Origin: Acidimicrobiia bacterium
GTDB taxonomy: Bacteria > Actinomycetota > Acidimicrobiia > IMCC26256 > JAMXLJ01
Assembly (NCBI GenBank): GCA_036558745.1
Contig: DATBEZ010000031.1
Location: 23,454 to 87,453, forward strand
Length of the DNA stretch: 64,000 nt
Direction: 5' to 3'
The notes under the pieces: generated by a model
Seen by the model: the letters and a program-made list of their open reading frames with translations, nothing else
Told to the model about the DNA's origin: nothing
The model's database searches: none
Part shown: positions 60,350 through 64,000 of the stretch, piece by piece
Numbering within the stretch: the stretch's first letter is position 1
Layout: the number at the start of each line of letters is the position of its first letter
Made by a program: the position numbers and the translations under genes

Positions 60350-62197
60350 ATGGCCACGGTCATCGAGCTTCAGCAGACGGGCGCCGCGGCGGAGACGTCG
60401 CACACGATCGTGGACGTCTTCCGTCGCCAGGTGCGCGACCGCGCGTCGGCCCCGGCCCTGCGCCGCAACGTCGACGGGCGATGGGAGACGATCACCTGGG
60501 CCGAGTACGGCGAGATCGTCGGGGAGATCACGGCGGGGCTCGTCGCGCTCGGCGTCGAGCCCGGCGACCGGGTCGGCCTGCTGTCACAGAACCGGGTCGA
60601 ATGGGTCGAGGCCGACGTCGGTGTCATCGCCGCGGGCGCGGTGACCGTGCCCGTCTACCCGACCAGCGCCGCGTCACAGGTGGCGTACGTCCTGTCGCAC
60701 TCGGGCGCCCGGGTCGCGTTCGTCGAGAACGACGAGCAGCTCGGCAAGATCTTCGAGCAGCGTGACGCGCTTCCCGCGCTCGAGCGCGTCGTGGTGTTCG
60801 GCTCCGACGAGATCCGCCTCGACGACCCGTTCGTGATGACGCTCGACGAGCTCCGCGAGATCGGGGGAGACCTTCTCCAGCGCGACCCGCGCGTGGTCGA
60901 CGACCGCGCCGCGGGCGTGCGCGGCGAGGACCTGGTCACGCTGGTCTACACGAGCGGGACGACCGGGCCCCCCAAGGGGGCGATGCTCACGCATCGCAAC
61001 GTGACCGCGACCATCGACTCGATCCTGCAGGTCATCTCCATCGGTCCCGACGACCGCTTCCTGTCCTACCTTCCGCTCAGCCACATCGCGGAGCGCACCA
61101 CGAGCCACTTCGGTCAGATCGTCTCCGGTGGCGAGACGTGGTTCGCGCGCAGCATCGGCACGATCGCCGAGGATCTGCCCGCGTGCCGGCCGACCGTCTT
61201 CTTCGCGGTGCCGCGGGTCTGGGAGAAGTTCCGTGACGCGCTGCTGCGCGAGATCGACCATCAGCACGGACCGCGCCGCATGCTCGCCGACTGGTACCTC
61301 GCGCTCGGTCCCGGCTGGGTGGCCGAGCACCAGGGCGGACCGCTCCAGTCGCTGCCGAAGAAGTCGACGTACCTCGCGCTCGACCGCGTCGTCGGCGCGA
61401 CGATCCGTCGCACCGTCGGCCTCGACGCGGCCCGCATCCTGGTATCCGCCGCGGCGCCGGTCCACCCCGACCTGCTGCGGTGGCTGCACGGGATCGGCCT
61501 GCCCGTGATCGAGGTGTACGGCCAGACCGAGGACTGCGGACCCACGACGATGAACCCGCCGGAGGCGGCGCGCATCGGCACGGTCGGCCCGCCGCTTCCC
61601 GACGTCGACGTCCGCCTCGCCGACGACGGCGAGGTCCTCGTCAAGGGTCCGAACGTGTGCGCGGGCTACTTCAACAATCCCGAAGGAACCGCCGAGCTCA
61701 TCGACGCCGACGGCTGGATGCACTCCGGCGACGTCGGTCGCTTCGACGGCGCGTACCTGATGATCACCGACCGCAAGAAGGACCTGATCATCACCGCGCA
61801 CGGCAAGAACATCGCACCGCAGGAGATCGAGACCCGCCTGAAGTACGAGCCGTTGATCTCGCAGGCGGTCGTGATCGGCGAGGGTCGCCCGTATCTGACG
61901 GCCCTGATCACGCTCGACCCGGACGAGACCGCGCGCTGGTGCGGCGAGCGGGGCAAGCCGCGCGAGCCCGAAGCGCTCGCGTGGGACGCGGAGCTGCGCG
62001 ACGAGATCGAGGCCGCGGTCGATCGCACCAATGCCGAGCTCTCGCACGTGGAGACGATCCGCAAGTGGCGGATCCTCCCGCAGGACTTCACCATCGCGGC
62101 CGGTGAGCTCACGCCCACCCTCAAGGTGCGGCGGGCGATCGTGGCCGAGCACTACGCGGGCGTCATCGAGGAGATGTACGCGGAGGTGGCGCGATGA
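60350..62197 (+). CDS. long-chain acyl-CoA ligase (AMP-dependent synthetase, FadD15-like)
   Basis: 615 aa from ATG 60350 (GGAGG 8 nt upstream): YTSGTTGPPKGAMLTH (AMP motif), YGQTE, SGDVG..D..GYLMITDRKKDLI, and an acyl-CoA-ligase C-terminus. Confidence 0.9.
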   Translation: MATVIELQQTGAAAETSHTIVDVFRRQVRDRASAPALRRNVDGRWETITWAEYGEIVGEITAGLVALGVEPGDRVGLLSQNRVEWVEADVGVIAAGAVTVPVYPTSAASQVAYVLSHSGARVAFVENDEQLGKIFEQRDALPALERVVVFGSDEIRLDDPFVMTLDELREIGGDLLQRDPRVVDDRAAGVRGEDLVTLVYTSGTTGPPKGAMLTHRNVTATIDSILQVISIGPDDRFLSYLPLSHIAERTTSHFGQIVSGGETWFARSIGTIAEDLPACRPTVFFAVPRVWEKFRDALLREIDHQHGPRRMLADWYLALGPGWVAEHQGGPLQSLPKKSTYLALDRVVGATIRRTVGLDAARILVSAAAPVHPDLLRWLHGIGLPVIEVYGQTEDCGPTTMNPPEAARIGTVGPPLPDVDVRLADDGEVLVKGPNVCAGYFNNPEGTAELIDADGWMHSGDVGRFDGAYLMITDRKKDLIITAHGKNIAPQEIETRLKYEPLISQAVVIGEGRPYLTALITLDPDETARWCGERGKPREPEALAWDAELRDEIEAAVDRTNAELSHVETIRKWRILPQDFTIAAGELTPTLKVRRAIVAEHYAGVIEEMYAEVAR

Positions 62198-64000
62198 GGC
62201 GCAACGTGATGAACAAGGTCTGGATCGCGATCTCCGGTCTGATCGCCCGTCGGTATCGCACCGTGATCGCGACCGCGGTCGTGCTCACCGTCGTGCTCGC
62301 GTTCGGCGCGCCGCTGCTGCAGTTCGAGACGAGCCAGAACGCGCTCATCGGCGGGAGCTCGCAGACCGCGAAGGACAACGCGAAGTACCAGCGTCAGTTC
62401 GGCGGCGAGGCGATGCTCGTCCTCTACACCGGACCGGTCGAGAAGATGTTCAGCACCCAGAACATCGCGCAGATGCAGACGCTCACCCGCGACCTGGAGG
62501 CGACCGGGCTCTACAAGTACGTCCTGAGCCCGCTCACGGCGCTGCAGTTCGCCCAGGCCCAGCTGGGTGTCGGCCAGACCATCATCGGCGCCGCGGCGGC
62601 GCGCCATCCCGCAGACGCGGCCAAGTACGGCGCGATCGTCACCACCGAGTCCGGGCGGCTGGCGAAGGTGACCGGCCCGCAGCAGCTCGACAACCCCGCG
62701 TTCGTCCGCTACCTCCTCTACGACGAGACGGGCCATATCCGTCCCATCCTGCGTGACAACTTCGTCGACCCGAACCACGCGGTCATGGTCGTGCGCCTGC
62801 ACGGCAACGAGGCCATGGCCCAGATGGGCAAGGCGACGAACACCGCGCAGAAGCTGGTCGCAGCGCATCCCCTCACCGGCTTCACCGCGCTGGCGACCGG
62901 CTCGCCGGTGATGCTCAAGGAGATCAACGACTACCTCCAGGGCGGCCTCACGAGCCTCGGCGCGCTGTCGCTGCTCGTGATGATCGTCGTCCTGTTCTTC
63001 GTCTTCCGCGTGCGGTCGCGGCTGCTGTCGCTCGGCTGCGTCGTGGTGTCGGCGGTCGCGACGTTCGGGATCATGGGCTTCATCGGCCTCCCGCTGAACA
63101 TGGTGACGATCTCTGGTCTGCCCATCCTGATCGGCATGGGGGTCGACTTCGCGATCCAGATGCACTCGCGCTTCGAGGAGGAGGCCGCGGTCGACGGATC
63201 GCCCCGCGCGCTCGTCGGTCGCGTGACTCAGCACCTCGCGCCGGCGCTCGCGATCGCGATGCTCGCCGCGGTGATCGGCTTCGTGGCCATGCAGATCTCG
63301 CGGGTGCCGATGATCCGCCAGTTCGGCGTGATGCTCGACATCGGCGTAGCGGTGATCTTCCTCGTCGTGCTGTTCGTGCCGCTGTCGTGGCTCGTGTGGC
63401 GCGAGCACCGCAAGCCCACTGCGGCACGGGGACGGCGTCCGCTCGAGGGCGGCGTGCTCGAGCGCGGTGTGCGGTGGCTGGCCACGGCCGTGCACGGCTC
63501 GATCCTGCCCGTCGTCGTGATCGCCGCGCTCGTGGTGGTGGCCGGGCTCTTCGTCGAGGGCCGACCCACCATCCAGACCGACCCGGAGAAGTGGATCCCG
63601 CAGAGCGGGCACACCGAGAAGAGCCTGAAGGCGCTGCGCGCGTCGACCGACACGTCGACCGAGCTCGACTTCCTGGTCGAGGCGCGCGACGTCACTGCGA
63701 CACCGGTCGCGGAGTGGATGCAGCGCTACGCGAGCGAGCAGGTGGCCAAGCACCCGAAGGAGCTGTTGCGCGCGACCAGTCTCGGTGCGGTCGTCACGAG
63801 CGTGACCCGCACACTCCCCGGTCAGCCGGAGATGCAGGCGCTCGACAAGGTGGCACCCCGTGACGTGCGCATCGCGTTCCTGAGCAGCGACCACACTCGC
63901 GCCAACATCATCTTCCCGATCGCCAACATCCCGCTGTCGGAGCGCGGCAAGCTGCTCGACGAGATGAAGGCCGACCTGCACCCGCCTGCCGGCGTGCGCG
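62194..64000 (+). CDS. MMPL-family RND transporter, N-terminal about 600 codons (runs off the right edge)
   Basis: Absent from the ORF track because it is open-ended. My translation from ATG 62194 (ATGA overlap with the ligase stop) gives MRRNVMNKVWIAISGLIARRYRTVIATAVVLTVVLAF... and later GLPLNMVTISGLPILIGMGVDFAIQMHSRFEEE, the conserved MMPL TM block. I saw no in-frame stop up to 64000. Confidence 0.85.
   Translation, partial: MRRNVMNKVWIAISGLIARRYRTVIATAVVLTVVLAFGAPLLQFETSQNALIGGSSQTAKDNAKYQRQFGGEAMLVLYTGPVEKMFSTQNIAQMQTLTRDLEATGLYKYVLSPLTALQFAQAQLGVGQTIIGAAAARHPADAAKYGAIVTTESGRLAKVTGPQQLDNPAFVRYLLYDETGHIRPILRDNFVDPNHAVMVVRLHGNEAMAQMGKATNTAQKLVAAHPLTGFTALATGSPVMLKEINDYLQGGLTSLGALSLLVMIVVLFFVFRVRSRLLSLGCVVVSAVATFGIMGFIGLPLNMVTISGLPILIGMGVDFAIQMHSRFEEEAAVDGSPRALVGRVTQHLAPALAIAMLAAVIGFVAMQISRVPMIRQFGVMLDIGVAVIFLVVLFVPLSWLVWREHRKPTAARGRRPLEGGVLERGVRWLATAVHGSILPVVVIAALVVVAGLFVEGRPTIQTDPEKWIPQSGHTEKSLKALRASTDTSTELDFLVEARDVTATPVAEWMQRYASEQVAKHPKELLRATSLGAVVTSVTRTLPGQPEMQALDKVAPRDVRIAFLSSDHTRANIIFPIANIPLSERGKLLDEMKADLHPPAGVR

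Noticed and set aside
1-64000. Search by eye for tRNA/rRNA genes, transposases or integrases, toxin-antitoxin pairs, phage or defence-system genes.
   Set aside because: None of the credible ORFs shows the corresponding signatures, and no T-arm/anticodon-like structures or IS inverted repeats were noticed. An eyeball scan cannot exclude small RNAs, so tRNAscan/Infernal should be run.

Overview
This is a very GC-rich (by eye about 70%, not computed) chromosomal segment. It is clearly from an actinobacterium: it carries a WhiB-family regulator, an MMPL transporter, an AftD-like GT-C enzyme and a class-E-sortase-like protein. I support about 50 real genes. Most other six-frame ORFs are Arg/Pro/Ala-rich shadow ORFs or false 5' extensions, as expected at this GC content. 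I trimmed starts using RBS motifs and start/stop overlaps. Layout: (1) 1-2786, housekeeping genes (acyl-CoA dehydrogenase fragment, IclR regulator, LLM flavin oxidoreductase). (2) 2796-42191, a roughly 39-kb cell-envelope glycan locus. It contains three GT-C membrane glycosyltransferases (one AftD-like, 1507 aa), a bacillosamine-type initiating module (CapD/PglF-like dehydratase, DegT aminotransferase, acyltransferase, small phosphoglycosyl transferase), a NodU-type carbamoyltransferase, a deacetylase and a methyltransferase. It also holds several GT4 and GT2 enzymes, a Wzm/Wzt ABC exporter, a Wzz/BY-kinase, a polymerase-like membrane protein, a beta-helix lipoprotein, an MBL-Rieske fusion, two paralogous P-loop-like/GT2 fusions, a sugar dehydrogenase and an epimerase. 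(3) 42262-48029, a 1325-aa S8 peptidase/beta-propeller protein and an orphan pair of STAS protein plus soluble PAS-MCP. (4) 48114-57125, an unusual phosphate-uptake neighbourhood. pstC-pstA-pstB is followed by, not preceded by, a C-terminally membrane-anchored PstS. Divergent from it are a neocarzinostatin-like/PstS-like fusion, a cysteine-free sortase homologue and a Cys-rich PstS-like lipoprotein. (5) 57142-64000, small membrane and LPXTG proteins, a GyrI-like protein, a sulfotransferase, an HPF-like protein, WhiB, an acyl-CoA ligase and an MMPL transporter that runs off the right edge. I saw no rRNA, tRNA, CRISPR array, transposase or integrase. The best candidates for something undescribed are the pseudo-sortase/surface-PBP module, the MBL-Rieske (CMAH-like, domain-swapped) enzyme, and the paralogous P-loop-like/GT2 proteins next to Wzt. 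All functional calls rest on motif recognition by eye and none was verified by a search.
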